Origin: an uncultured Candidatus Entotheonella sp.
Lineage (GTDB): Bacteria; Tectomicrobia; Entotheonellia; Entotheonellales; Entotheonellaceae
NCBI GenBank assembly: GCA_965215335.1
Contig: CBDCDA010000001.1
Location: forward strand, 96,001-160,000
Length of the DNA stretch: 64,000 nt
Reading direction: 5' to 3'
Part shown: piece after piece, positions 40,904 through 51,729 of the stretch
Layout of the letters: every line of letters starts with the position of its first letter
Numbering within the stretch: the first letter of the stretch is position 1
Translations under genes and position numbers: made by a program
Notes under the pieces: model-generated
Databases searched by the model: none
Told to the model about the DNA's origin: nothing
What the model saw: only the letters and a program-made list of their open reading frames with translations

Positions 40904-42352
40904 TCACCCCTGCAGGAACGCCCGCACCCGGTCGGTCACCGGCTGCTTGTCGTACAGCGCGTTCAGCAGCAACGCGTTGCGCACCTGGTCGCCCTGGAAG
41001 AAACGCTCATACAGAACCTGGCGAGACGCAAAGGCGCTGCAGCAGGTGTCCCACGCCAGGCGGAACAGGCGGACCCTGTCTTCGGCGGACGCCGTATCCG
41101 TTTCAAGGTAACGATGAATCTCCGGCGCCAACGGGCCGTCGAGGTCGGCCTCGGTCGGCAGCGCCATGAGGCTGCTCGATCCCAGCAGGTGCAGGATCTC
41201 CGCCATCCTCGGATACATGCGCATGAACAGCTGGCGCGCCACCATCAGGGGCGTCCGGGCCGGGCACATGACACCCCATTCGTCGATCTCCGCGTCCACC
41301 TCGGCAGCCCGCAGGCACGCCCTGGTCACCTCCAGGTTCTCGATGAGCTCGGCCAGCATCTGCTGCACCTGCGGCAACTGGCCGGACCCCAGCGTCTGCA
41401 CCATCAGGTTGGCGAGTCCCAGGACGAACTCGCACTTGACGACGTTCTTGGTGACCACCTGGTGCCCCGAGTGGACGTACTGGCCGGTCCGCATGGACAT
41501 GTTGTTGCACAGGTCCACGTCGCCCAGCAGGAACACCCGCTCCCAGGGGACCAGGACGTTGTCGAAGAAGGCGATGGCGTCCATCTCCTCGAAACGCGAG
41601 CCCAGGGGGTGGTCGAATCGTGACCGCTGCAGATCGAGGCTTTCCCGGCAGAGGAATTTCAGACCCGGTGCGTTGCAGGGCAAGGCGAAAGCGAAAGAAG
41701 TCCGTCCCGCCGCGTCACCGGGCAGGCGATGCGAACGAGCCGGATAGACGGCAATCTCGTCTGCCACCGGCAGCGTGGCCAGCACGCGGGCGCCATTGAC
41801 GATGATACCGGCGTCCGTTTCCGCCATCACCGCAAGGGCAGCGTCGGTCGTATCCTCCAGGCCGCTGCCGGAGGGCAGGCGGCTGCGCTGCAAATTGATC
41901 AGGGTGTGCGTGAGCACGAGGTCGTTCTCACGGACGTATTCGTAATAAGCCTGCACGTTGTTTTCAAACTCCGGGCGGTTGCGGGCGAAGTATTCTCCCG
42001 CCGCGGCCATGGCCATGAAGCTCACGTTCAGGAAATCCGGCGTGCGGCCCATCATGCCGCAACTGACGCGCGCCCAGTGCGTCATCATCGTGTTGCGCCG
42101 CTCGAGGTCCTGCCGGCTTTGCGGGGTCATGAACGACAGGCCGACCCGGTCGCCGGTTGACGGCGACACGTACGTCATGGCGTCACGCAAGTCCGGGTCG
42201 TGCTGCAGGTCGTACAGCCGCGCCAGGGTATGCACCCCGTTGCGCAGGCCCGGATGGGCCGTCGGATCCTGCACCCGATCGCCTTGCAGGTAGAGTTCCG
42301 GCGGGTTCTCCCGCAGCCCCGCTACGTATTCGTCACCTGTTCTTGCTGGCAT
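40904..42352 (-). CDS. hpaB: 4-hydroxyphenylacetate 3-monooxygenase, oxygenase component
   Basis: RTGDEY, GMMGRTPD, HPLGSRFEEMDA, FDNVLVPWERVF, FASRQVLYERFF.GD. Confidence 0.88.
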   Translation of the reverse strand: MPARTGDEYVAGLRENPPELYLQGDRVQDPTAHPGLRNGVHTLARLYDLQHDPDLRDAMTYVSPSTGDRVGLSFMTPQSRQDLERRNTMMTHWARVSCGMMGRTPDFLNVSFMAMAAAGEYFARNRPEFENNVQAYYEYVRENDLVLTHTLINLQRSRLPSGSGLEDTTDAALAVMAETDAGIIVNGARVLATLPVADEIAVYPARSHRLPGDAAGRTSFAFALPCNAPGLKFLCRESLDLQRSRFDHPLGSRFEEMDAIAFFDNVLVPWERVFLLGDVDLCNNMSMRTGQYVHSGHQVVTKNVVKCEFVLGLANLMVQTLGSGQLPQVQQMLAELIENLEVTRACLRAAEVDAEIDEWGVMCPARTPLMVARQLFMRMYPRMAEILHLLGSSSLMALPTEADLDGPLAPEIHRYLETDTASAEDRVRLFRLAWDTCCSAFASRQVLYERFFQGDQVRNALLLNALYDKQPVTDRVRAFLQG

Positions 42353-42552
42353 GTTCGGACCCTCCCGTTCGTGTCGTCGGCTTGCCGATGCGCCCCGCGT
42401 CGAACCATTCCAATATACCACCTGTCGAGGCGACCGGGTGGCTTTCGTCAACCTCCCTTGCAGCAGGCCCGCCGCTGGCATACCCTGCGCCAACCCTGCT
42501 ATGATGACGCCCGCCTCCGGTATTGCCGCAACGATCCCGTGGAGACGTGAGC

Positions 42553-43785
42553 ATGGACTTCGAAGTGACGTATACGCCCGAGCAGGAGGCTTTCCGCGCG
42601 GCGGTGCGTGGTTGGCTGAGCGAGAATATCCCACCGGGCCTGACGCAGCCAGTCGATCCGGCGGACCTCACCCGCGAGCAATATCACAAGCTGCGCGAGC
42701 TGGGCCGCCTTCTGGGCGCCAAGGGCTGGTTGTATCCCACCTATCCGCAGGCCTATGGTGGCGGGGACCTGGCGGTCGATTTCGTCATCATCCTGGAGGA
42801 GGAACTGGACCGCTACGGCCTGCACCTGCCGCCCTATTACGACTCCGGCGGGCGGCTGGGCGGCGCCAGCATCTTCGTGTGGGGCACGGAGGAGCAAAAG
42901 AAGCACTTTCTGCCGCCGATCTTTCGCGGCGAGTGGCGCACCTGGCAGCTGCTCAGCGAGCCGAACGCCGGCTCCGACCTGGCGGGCGTGCAGACGCGGG
43001 CCATGCGCGACGGCGATGCGTACGTGGTCAACGGGCAGAAGATCTACATCGGCAGCCTGTACGGCTGCGAGATGATGTGGACGATCGTGGTCACCGATCC
43101 CGAGGCACCGCGGCACCACAATCTCGGCTGGTTGATGATCCCCCATGACCTGCCTGGCATCGAGGTACGCCGCATGGAACTGCTCACCGCCGGCGGCGAG
43201 GGCGGCGCTTCTCCCGGGCTCAAGCACACGGTGTTTTTCGACAACGTGCGGGTGCCGGCCTTCAACCTGATCGGCGGCGAGAACAACGGCTGGCAGGTAG
43301 CTACCACGCATCTGGAACTGGAACACGGCGGTGGTGGCATCGTGCGTCGCAACCGCGTTGTGGACCAATTTCTTGCGTATTGCACCACGACCCGACACAA
43401 CGGCGCGATCCTCAGCCAGGACCCGGACGTCCGCGACGACATGGTAGACGTGTACGTCAAGAGCGAGATCAACCGCCTCTTCGGCCTGCGCACCTACTGG
43501 CTCAGCCACGCCCACAGACCCAGGTCCTACGAAGGCCCGCAAGGATCCTACTACCGCAAGGTCACGGCCCTGGAGATGGCCGAAACCATGCTGCGCGCCC
43601 TCGGCCCTTATGCGATGACGAACGACCCGCAGTGGGGCCCGCTGCAGGGCTTGCTGGAACACTATCAGCGCGCCGCCGTGGTCGGCCTGCATCCGGGGGG
43701 GACGACGGATATTCAGAAAGTGGTGATGGCGCGGCGCATCGGCATCGGTCGCACCGCCAAGGAGCAGGCCGGCCGGTTGCGCTGA
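42553..43785 (+). CDS. Acyl-CoA dehydrogenase family protein (FadE-type)
   Basis: SEPNAGSDLA, VNGQK, VFFDNVRVP, GENNGW, GGTTDIQK. Confidence 0.9.
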   Translation: MDFEVTYTPEQEAFRAAVRGWLSENIPPGLTQPVDPADLTREQYHKLRELGRLLGAKGWLYPTYPQAYGGGDLAVDFVIILEEELDRYGLHLPPYYDSGGRLGGASIFVWGTEEQKKHFLPPIFRGEWRTWQLLSEPNAGSDLAGVQTRAMRDGDAYVVNGQKIYIGSLYGCEMMWTIVVTDPEAPRHHNLGWLMIPHDLPGIEVRRMELLTAGGEGGASPGLKHTVFFDNVRVPAFNLIGGENNGWQVATTHLELEHGGGGIVRRNRVVDQFLAYCTTTRHNGAILSQDPDVRDDMVDVYVKSEINRLFGLRTYWLSHAHRPRSYEGPQGSYYRKVTALEMAETMLRALGPYAMTNDPQWGPLQGLLEHYQRAAVVGLHPGGTTDIQKVVMARRIGIGRTAKEQAGRLR

Positions 43786-43827
43786 GGGCCGCCGGAACCG
43801 GGGGCGAAAAGGGAGGAACAAACGGGC

Positions 43828-44964
43828 ATGGACCTGGGATTGACGGAAGCCCAAGAGATCCTCAAGGCGGCAGCCGCCGATTTCGTGCGGCGGGAATATG
43901 ACAAGGAGACGCTGCTTGCCCTGGAAAAGACCCCTACGGGCGTCGCGCCTGAACTCTTTCGCCAAGCGGCCGATCTTGGCTGGCTGGGCATCTTGATCCC
44001 CGAGTCCTATGGCGGCACCGACCGTTCCTTCACCGATACCGCCGTCCTGTTCGAGGAACTGGGACGCGGTCCTGTTCTGGGGGCCCATTTTTCCTCCAGC
44101 GTCCTTGGCGCCCTTGTCGTCCTGCTAGGCGGCACGGAAACCCAGAAGCAGACCTTGCTGCCCGGCGTGGTGCAAGGAACCACGGTGCTGAGCGTCGCCG
44201 TGACGGAGCCTCGGTACGGCTGGCGTCCTGACACGGTGCAGATGCCTGCCGGCCGGCAGGGGGACAACTATGCACTCAACGGCACCAAACTCTTCGTGCA
44301 CGACGCTCGGGCGGCAACGCACCTGCTGTGCGCCGCCCGCACGGCGCCGTCTGGCGACGGTTCAGGCAGCGGCGTTTCATTCTTCGTTGTCAAGGCCGAC
44401 AGCCCCGGCGTAGCGATTCGGACGCTACCGGGCTGGATGTCGCAGGTGGATGAAATCCGTTTCGACGACGTACGCGTGCCGGCCGCAAGCGTTCTGGGCG
44501 ATACGCCGGGAACCGGGTGGGATATATTCGAAGCCGCGTCGATGGGGGCGATCCCCATCCTGTGCGCTTATCAGGTGGGTTCCTGCCAGGCCGTCGTGGA
44601 CATGTCCGTGGCCTACAGCCGCACCCGCCGCCAGTTCTCGCAGCCCATCGGGCGGTTTCAGCGCGTCCAGGACCATATCATCGGCGCCGTCAACCACCTG
44701 GATGCCGCACGCTGGACGACCTGCGAGGCGCTTTGGAAGCTCGATTCCGGGCGCGACGCGCGGGCCAGCGTTCACCTGGCCAAGGCGGTAACGAGCGAGG
44801 CCTATCTCAAGGTGTGTGCCGGCGGGCACGAGGTTCATGCCGGCGTGGGCGTGATGCGCGAGTACGGCCTGACCCTGCACACGCAGCGCTCGCGCACGCT
44901 GTATCACTTTCTCGGGGACGCACGCTACCACCGTCGCCGTCTCGCCGCTGCGCTCGGCTGGTAA
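43828..44964 (+). CDS. Acyl-CoA dehydrogenase family protein (partner subunit type)
   Basis: EELGR, LNGTKLFV, RRQFSQPIGRFQRVQ, HAGVG..REY. Confidence 0.88.
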   Translation: MDLGLTEAQEILKAAAADFVRREYDKETLLALEKTPTGVAPELFRQAADLGWLGILIPESYGGTDRSFTDTAVLFEELGRGPVLGAHFSSSVLGALVVLLGGTETQKQTLLPGVVQGTTVLSVAVTEPRYGWRPDTVQMPAGRQGDNYALNGTKLFVHDARAATHLLCAARTAPSGDGSGSGVSFFVVKADSPGVAIRTLPGWMSQVDEIRFDDVRVPAASVLGDTPGTGWDIFEAASMGAIPILCAYQVGSCQAVVDMSVAYSRTRRQFSQPIGRFQRVQDHIIGAVNHLDAARWTTCEALWKLDSGRDARASVHLAKAVTSEAYLKVCAGGHEVHAGVGVMREYGLTLHTQRSRTLYHFLGDARYHRRRLAAALGW

Positions 44965-44982
44965 TCCAGGAGTTACGGGCCG

Positions 44983-45789
44983 ATGACGGGGCAGGGCAGG
45001 GCGGCAACCGTCCTGCTAGGCATGATCTTGTGGGTCGGGCTGGTCAGCCATGCCGGCGGCACCGCATCGCAGCCCAGCGGCGCGGTGGTCGTCATGGCGG
45101 CCGCTTCCCTGACGTCTGCCTTCACGGACATGGCCCCTGGCCTTCGGGCGGCCCATCCCCGGTTGCGTGTCCTGTACAATTTTGCGGGCTCGCAGGCGTT
45201 GCGCACCCAACTCGAACAGGGCGCAGCGGCGGACGTTTTCGCCGCGGCAGACACCGTACAGATGCAACGCGCCCTGGACGGCGGGCTGATAGAGGGCTCG
45301 CCGCGGGTCTTCGTCTGGAACACCTTGCTGATCATCGTGCCGCGCGCCAACCCGGGCCAGGTAACCTCTTTTGAGGACCTTGCAAAACGAGGTCTGAAAC
45401 TGACGCTCGCCGGCCCGCAGGTGCCAGCGGGCCGCTACAGCCGGGAGGCGCTGCAAGCCGCGACGGCGGACTATGGAACGGATTTTGGCGAGCGGGTGCT
45501 GCGCAACCTGGTCTCCGAAGAAACGAGCGTCAGACAGGTGCTGGTCAAAGTTCAGCTCGGCGAGGCGGATGCCGGCATCGTGTACGCCTCGGACGTGTCC
45601 GAAAACGTTCTGCAGGACGTCAGGACCGTACCCATTCCGGACGCCTCCAAGCGCCTCGCCAGCTATCCCATCGCGGCAACGCAGGCGGCACGCAATCCCT
45701 CGGGAGCGGCAGCCTTCATCCGCTTCGTGCTCTCGCCGGCGGGACAGGCCATCCTGAAGGCTCACGGCTTCATCCCGGTCACCGAATAA
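44983..45789 (+). CDS. modA: Molybdate ABC transporter substrate-binding protein
   Basis: AAASL, NFAGS, GAAADVFA, VPAGRY, ADAGIVY.SD. Confidence 0.92.
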   Translation: MTGQGRAATVLLGMILWVGLVSHAGGTASQPSGAVVVMAAASLTSAFTDMAPGLRAAHPRLRVLYNFAGSQALRTQLEQGAAADVFAAADTVQMQRALDGGLIEGSPRVFVWNTLLIIVPRANPGQVTSFEDLAKRGLKLTLAGPQVPAGRYSREALQAATADYGTDFGERVLRNLVSEETSVRQVLVKVQLGEADAGIVYASDVSENVLQDVRTVPIPDASKRLASYPIAATQAARNPSGAAAFIRFVLSPAGQAILKAHGFIPVTE

Positions 45790-45798
45790 GTCCTTCTC

Positions 45799-46632
45799 AT
45801 GCCAAATCACGGGCGTCGCCATTCGCGTTCCCGGCCCTTTACCGGGCGAAGCATCTTCTGGCGCCTGCCCGCCTTGCTCGCGGTCACGTTTCTGATCCTT
45901 CCCCTGTCGGCAATTTTTCTCAACGTCCTGCCACAGAGTCATCTGTGGCCTACCTTGCGAGAGCCGTTCGTCACGCAGGCCTTACGGACCAGCCTGGTCA
46001 CGTCACTGGGCAGCCTGGTGCTGACGGTCGCCTTCGGCACCCCGCTGGCCTACGCCCTGGCGCGGCGCCGCGGCGCCGGAACCACGGTATTCGACACCGT
46101 GCTGGACCTGCCGATGGTGCTGCCGCCCACCGTAGCCGGGGTGGCTTTGCTGATGACGTTTGGCCGCCGTGGTCTCCTGGGACCGTGGCTGGATGCGCTG
46201 GGCATACAGGTCGTGTTCACGATGGCGGCGGTCGTCCTGGCCCAAAGCTTCGTCAGCATGCCGCTATACGTCCGCGCCGCTCAAGCCGGATTTCGCGGCG
46301 TCGACCCCGAACTGGAGCGCGTTGCCTACACCCTCGGATGCTCCGCCACCCGAACGTTCCTGCGCGTCACCGTACCCCTGGCGTTCCCGGCCTTGTTGAG
46401 CGGCGCCGTCATGGCCTGGGCACGGGCCCTGGGCGAGTTCGGCGCCACGATCATGTTTGCCGGGAATCTCACGGGACGCACCCAGACCATGCCGCTGGCC
46501 ATCTATATCGCCATGGAGTCGGATCTGACCACCGCCCTGGTGCTTGCCACCTTGTTGATCATCGTGCCGTTCGGTGGCCTCTTCGCCACACGCTTCTTCG
46601 CCCGGCGCAGGAGTTATGGAACTCATGCTTGA
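45799..46632 (+). CDS. modB: Molybdate ABC transporter permease
   Basis: DLPMVLPPTVAG, ARALGEFGATIMFAGN..GRTQTMPL. Confidence 0.93.
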   Translation: MPNHGRRHSRSRPFTGRSIFWRLPALLAVTFLILPLSAIFLNVLPQSHLWPTLREPFVTQALRTSLVTSLGSLVLTVAFGTPLAYALARRRGAGTTVFDTVLDLPMVLPPTVAGVALLMTFGRRGLLGPWLDALGIQVVFTMAAVVLAQSFVSMPLYVRAAQAGFRGVDPELERVAYTLGCSATRTFLRVTVPLAFPALLSGAVMAWARALGEFGATIMFAGNLTGRTQTMPLAIYIAMESDLTTALVLATLLIIVPFGGLFATRFFARRRSYGTHA

Positions 46633-47716
46633 GGTGGCTCTGCGAAAAAGGCTGGGGGACTTCCAACTCGATGCGGCCTTCACAGCGCCGGGTGGGCTGA
46701 TCACGCTGTTCGGCCCGTCGGGGTCGGGCAAGAGCCTGACGCTCCAGACCATTGCCGGGACCCTGGAACCCGACGCGGGCCGCATCGCGCTCGACGGCCA
46801 GCCCATCTTCGACAGTTGCAGCGGCCTTGATCTCCCCGCCCAAAAACGCCGCGTCGGATACGTACCCCAGCACTACGCGCTGTTCCCGCACCTGAGCGTT
46901 GCCGACAACATCGGCTTCGGTCTTGCTCGGCTGCCGCACCGCACGCGGCAACGGCGCGTTGCCGAACTGCTGCGCAATTTCGACCTGGAGGCGTTGGCCG
47001 AGCGCCAGCCGCGGCAACTCTCCGGCGGCCAGCAGCAACGGGTGGCGCTCGCCCGCGCGCTGGCCGTGCAACCGGGCCTGCTGCTGCTCGACGAGCCGTT
47101 TGCGGCCCTCGACGCCACCTTGCGCACCGCCTTGCGCCAGGAACTGGCGCAGGTGCAAAAGCTCTGGAACATCTCGATGCTGATCGTGACGCATGACCTG
47201 TCCGATGTCTTTGTGCTCGGACAGCGGGTCATCGTGTACGACAACGGCAGGGTGATCCAGCAGGGGACACGGGATGAGGTGTTCTTTCGTCCCACGAGCC
47301 GGCGGGTCGCGGAATTCGTGCAGACGGGCAACATCCTGCCGGCAGTCGTGGAGCGCGTCGATGGAGAAACGTCGTGGCTGAGGTGGTGCGGCCATCTGCT
47401 GGCGACGGACGCGCCGCCCCTGGCGGCAGGAACACCCGTGTACGTCTGTATTCGCCCGACGCAGATTCTGATCGTGCGTCCGGACCGTTTCGCCGCCCGC
47501 GAGCGTCAGAATGTCCTGCGCGGGGTCATCGTGCATACCGACATGCAGGCGGAAACCTACACGCTGCACCTGCGGCTGGACAACAGCACGGCGGCATACG
47601 ATCTGGAAATCGTGCTGCCGGGCTACGTCTACCACCGGCTGGCGCTGCAAACGACACCGAATCTGGTTGTCGAGCTCAGCCGGCAGCATTTGCACGTCAT
47701 CCCGCGGGAAGCGTGA
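46625..47716 (+). CDS. modC: Molybdate ABC transporter ATPase
   Basis: GPSGSGKS, LSGGQQQRVALARAL, LLLDEP; start 46625 or 46616. Confidence 0.9.
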   Translation: MLEVALRKRLGDFQLDAAFTAPGGLITLFGPSGSGKSLTLQTIAGTLEPDAGRIALDGQPIFDSCSGLDLPAQKRRVGYVPQHYALFPHLSVADNIGFGLARLPHRTRQRRVAELLRNFDLEALAERQPRQLSGGQQQRVALARALAVQPGLLLLDEPFAALDATLRTALRQELAQVQKLWNISMLIVTHDLSDVFVLGQRVIVYDNGRVIQQGTRDEVFFRPTSRRVAEFVQTGNILPAVVERVDGETSWLRWCGHLLATDAPPLAAGTPVYVCIRPTQILIVRPDRFAARERQNVLRGVIVHTDMQAETYTLHLRLDNSTAAYDLEIVLPGYVYHRLALQTTPNLVVELSRQHLHVIPREA

Positions 47717-48686
47717 GGTCACCGTCGCCCGCGCCGGGCGAGTGATCCCCCAACTCCAGCAGAAAATCCTCTACCAGGCTTTCCAGGTCATACTCTGGTC
47801 GCCAGCCCCATTCCTGCTGCGCCTTATGGTCGTCGAGCGGTCGCAGGGACCCCTGAATCAGCCGCTGCAATTCCATATCCGGCCTGAATTCAATCCGAGC
47901 CCCGGGACACTTGGACCGAACAACGTCGGCCAGCTCACCCGCGCTCGGCGTTGGCGTCACGCCGTTGACGAGGTAGTTGACCGTGGTGATGGCCTGCCGC
48001 GGCGCCTGCGCCAGTTGCACGGTGGCCAGCGCCGCGTCCTTGATGTACATGACCGGCACCCGGGTTTCGGGCTCGACCCAGATGGTATAGGGGCGGCCCT
48101 GGGCGCACGATTCGATGACCCAGGAGGTGTACTGCACGGCGCCCGGCGTGCGCACGCCGGGGCCAATGATGGAAGGGTAGCGTATGCCCCGAAAATCAAG
48201 CCCGTGCTTGCGACGATAAAACAGCCCCATGTGTTCGCCGAACACCTTGGTCATGCCATAGAAGAGCTTCGGTCGCTGGATCGTCGCGTCGCCGATGGCG
48301 GCGTCCCGGATGTCGGAGCCGTAGGTACCCACGCTGCTGGCAAACACGATTTGGGGAACATCGAACAGCCGCGCCGCTTCCAGGACGTGGAAGGTGCCCA
48401 TCGCGTTGGTTTGCATGGCGCTGGCCGGATCGGCCTCGGAAGGGACGGACAGGGTGGCGCCGAGGTGGTAGATGACCTGCGGCCGCGCCTTCTTGACGGC
48501 TTCCAGCACGTGGCTGAAATTCCCCAGGTCGCCCCGCATGACTTCCACCTCATCTGCCACGCCGCCCAGCCGTTGCAGCGAGGGATTCCGGCTCATCACC
48601 AGCGGGCGTTTCTCGCCCCGCGAAAGCAGAAGCCGCACCACTTCCAGGCCGATAAATCCGGCGCCACCCGTAATCAACGTTGTCAT
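47697..48686 (-). CDS. NAD-dependent epimerase/dehydratase (L-threonine 3-dehydrogenase-like SDR)
   Basis: LITGGAGFIG, YGMTK, DFRGIRYP. Confidence 0.88.
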   Translation of the reverse strand: MTTLITGGAGFIGLEVVRLLLSRGEKRPLVMSRNPSLQRLGGVADEVEVMRGDLGNFSHVLEAVKKARPQVIYHLGATLSVPSEADPASAMQTNAMGTFHVLEAARLFDVPQIVFASSVGTYGSDIRDAAIGDATIQRPKLFYGMTKVFGEHMGLFYRRKHGLDFRGIRYPSIIGPGVRTPGAVQYTSWVIESCAQGRPYTIWVEPETRVPVMYIKDAALATVQLAQAPRQAITTVNYLVNGVTPTPSAGELADVVRSKCPGARIEFRPDMELQRLIQGSLRPLDDHKAQQEWGWRPEYDLESLVEDFLLELGDHSPGAGDGDLTLPAG

Positions 48687-48723
48687 CTTCACCTCCTGCG
48701 GACTGGAAGCCAATTCAACGCCG

Positions 48724-49800
48724 TCAATTTTCCCAGAACCCCAATAGCCTCAGTGACCAGGGAACCCGCACCAGCGCTGCGCCCACAAACAGGGGAAAGA
48801 CGTTGAAGAGGGCGCGGGCAAAGACGCCGACGGGTTTGGTTCGCCTGAACCACAACAGGTAGCACAAGCCCAGGGTCGCATAGAGCAGGACACAGAGCCC
48901 AAGCGAGGGCGAAAGCCAAAAGGCGAGGGCGAGCCCCCCCGCTGCCAGCGCGGAAGCGACGCCAATCATGGCAGGCAAGGGCGTTCTGCCTGCCGCCATC
49001 GGCTGGTTCCGGTTGCCCGCGCATTGCCGATCGCGCGACAAATTGAGCATATCTTCCACAACACAGCGACTGGAGGCGCAAGCGGACAGGGCCGCCCCCG
49101 CGCCCGTGGCAACCAGGTAGTGCCCGGCATGGGCGTCTGGCGCCACGGCGACGGGAACGAACACGAGCGCATTGGCCAGCCACCGGCGTGGACGCAGGGC
49201 ACGAATGAAATCGACCGTGGTTCCGCTGATACCAGGAAGAAAACGGGCCTGTTGATCCAGCGCCTTCACCTGCTGCGCCAAACGTGTCGGGAGACCAACC
49301 CCGATGGCACGCCGCGCGCGTTTCCAAACGGCCAGATCGCGCCGCTCGTTACCCACATAGTCGAAGCCGCGTTCGCCGAACTGGCCGACGAGGCCGGCGG
49401 CCTTGGTGTGGCCGACCAGATTGGTGCGTCCGTCCGAAGCGAAGCAACCTGCAGCACCCACCTCTCGGGCCAGCGGCGCAACGACCAATTCATCCGAGCC
49501 GGAAGCCAGCCAAACCTCACGCCCTGCCTCCTTGGCGGCGTCGATCTCCTCCAGCACGGCCGGGTTCAGGACCAGAGCGGCCGCGTTCAGGGTACCAGCC
49601 TGTTGTGCGAGCCAGCGTTTCAGCGGAGCGCGTCCGGCGGTCAGCCGGAAGGGCAGGGCGAACAGCTTGGCAGGCGAATCGGCGAGCAGCCGCAGCAAGC
49701 CTTCCGTCAGCAGGTCGCCCCTGACCAAGGAACCGTCGACGTCAACGACAAGCGGGACAGCATGATTCTTCCGGGTCTGCTCGGAGCTTGCGGGCGGCAT
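48724..49800 (-). CDS. HAD-UbiA prenyltransferase fusion homolog with degenerate, truncated UbiA domain (possible pseudogene)
   Basis: PLVVDVDGSL, SDGRTNL.G..KA, FDYVG; then RPRRWLAN and SSRCVVEDMLNLSRDR in place of RPHQW.KN and NDLLD..DR. Confidence 0.7.
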   Translation of the reverse strand: MPPASSEQTRKNHAVPLVVDVDGSLVRGDLLTEGLLRLLADSPAKLFALPFRLTAGRAPLKRWLAQQAGTLNAAALVLNPAVLEEIDAAKEAGREVWLASGSDELVVAPLAREVGAAGCFASDGRTNLVGHTKAAGLVGQFGERGFDYVGNERRDLAVWKRARRAIGVGLPTRLAQQVKALDQQARFLPGISGTTVDFIRALRPRRWLANALVFVPVAVAPDAHAGHYLVATGAGAALSACASSRCVVEDMLNLSRDRQCAGNRNQPMAAGRTPLPAMIGVASALAAGGLALAFWLSPSLGLCVLLYATLGLCYLLWFRRTKPVGVFARALFNVFPLFVGAALVRVPWSLRLLGFWEN

Positions 49801-49924
49801 GCGATGTTATCGTCTCGGTGATAAGCCGTTGACGCGGCGCCTTCCGCGCCGCGCAATGCGGGAAACCCACGAATTCTGTCCAATTTGCCAGAATTCATAG
49901 ATTTTTGCACTCTGCCAGAATTCC

Positions 49925-51505
49925 GTAAGCGTTCAGAGGGCCGTGCAATGGGAGGGGTTATCGTAGAGCCAAGAGAGGTCAGGCGGACGATCGTGCATGA
50001 ACGCCTCAAGGGCGTCAACCAACACCGAGAAGGTCGATTGTTCCAGTTGCCGACATGTCTGACGCAGCGACAGACTCCGTTGCACCCAGGCATTGCCCTT
50101 GATACTCGCCGTACCCAAGGAACTCCTGCGCCACAACACGCCAAAGCGCAAGGCGCGCTCCGCCCGGTTGTTGGTCGGCTCAACTCCCGACTCGTTGAGA
50201 AACACCCACAACGAACCCAACTCGCGCCGTAAGCACCTCACCAGACGACCGCCATCATCAGGGCGCAGCCCATAGCGTTTCATCAGACGGCACAACCGCG
50301 CATACCATGCCTGCCATTGCCCCCCACTTGGCGGCGCGTGAGCCATCTGACACAAACGCTGGAGTTCCTGCAAGACCGCCTTGCCACAGGCAGCAAGGCC
50401 AGGAACCTGTCGCTGCGACAACTCCCGGGCACGGCGAATGAGATGCGCCAAGCAGGTCTGACGAGCATTGCCCCAGGCTTGATACACCCCGTAGCCGTCA
50501 CTGACCAGGGTGCCGCGCCAATCCTTGATCAAAGACCCGAAGGCTTCCTGCGAACGCTTGGGATGAATACGGTACAGGGCGACGGTATCCGTGACCATAC
50601 TCCAGAGCCATTGCAAGGCATGGCGGCAGTACCAGGGCGTCTCGTCAACGTAGCCCACCCGTGCCTTGCGGGCCAAGCGAGCAATGGCCGCATCGTGCGG
50701 CACAATAGCCAGGGAGGTACGGTCGATGAGACGCTGAATCGCCCCCAGGCTGATTGGCGCACCCAACACCGAGCGACAGAAATCCTGTACGCCGCGCCGG
50801 GAGATGCGGTGCATGGCACTGAGTTCGCCAATCAAGGCCGTCAGACGCGGGCCATAGCCGGTTTGCTGCGCCTTGGGGAGGCGGGCCTTGAGCAGCCGGC
50901 CACAGCCTGAACATCGGCCTTGGCGCAAGACCCAGTGGGTGACGTGCAACGCCATGGGTGGCAACTCCATGACCTAATGGAGGTGATACGGCGCTGTCTG
51001 GCCAGGTACGCCCTGGCCGCAGGCACAAGGTCCGGGATGGATGGCCCGCCGCTCGGTGGGACGGAGCAATCTGGAGCCTGACCCAGGATGGCCCATTCGT
51101 GCGCCCCGTTTGCCTGGGGGCTTGTCTTGCTTGCTGACAGGTCTTTGGAAGGGTGAATCCGACGAGGGTGGTTTGTCGGATGTCTTGGACGTGCGTTGCA
51201 AGCGCTTTTGGAGTTGGTCGATTTGTTCCTGGAGTTGGGCCAAGCGTTGGTGCAGGGTGAAGAGATAGGCTTGTACAGCCGGTGGTGTGTGCTGCCAATC
51301 GGTTTGCGACAGCGACTCAGGCGGTATCGACGGTTCCATTCGGGACTTCCTGAGAAGGGCAACGGGAGAGCGAAAAACGAGTGTGACCATAGCCCATAAT
51401 AGGGCCGTCTGCAATAGATACCTGCACATCAAGCCATCAAAAAAACACATATAGCTGGAGGAAACAATTTAAGCGTAGTAAGAAATATTGGGACTGGCTG
51501 ACCGT
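49925..51505 (-). mobile_element. IS66-like insertion sequence; end upstream of the transposase degenerate
   Basis: GTAAGCGTTCAG terminus at 49925; only a partial counterpart (CTGACCGT) near 51498-51505; no target duplication found. Confidence 0.7.
49933..51339 (-). pseudogene. IS66-family transposase with in-frame TAG at 50974-50976
   Basis: SKTSDKPPSSD, GHPG, HLH*VMELPP (HQV.ELP expected), VDET, VSDGY, QTCLAHL, EPTNNRAER. Confidence 0.85.
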
Positions 51506-51729
51506 GAGAATGAATTCGGTTGGATGGGATAGGCTGGGAGACAGATTAGAAATCGTTTGGGGTCCAGACTACCAGGGTCGTTATGACTTTTTTGTTTTCC
51601 GAGGAACGTCAGCAAAAAGTCATTTCTGCCCACTTCCCGATGATCATGGATTTCCAGTTAGGGATATGCGCGCCGAGGTGAAGGTATTTGACGTCGGCAA
51701 AGAATTGAGGAGTATCGGGGTAACGGGAG

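Noticed and set aside
37906..50976. Amber recoding (TAG=Gln or pyrrolysine) suggested by in-frame TAGs in res and the IS66 transposase
   Set aside because: TAG is the normal stop of several intact genes here (nadQ 12240, nadC 14323, solute-binding protein 58856, permease 60776); point mutations in dispensable genes are the simpler explanation
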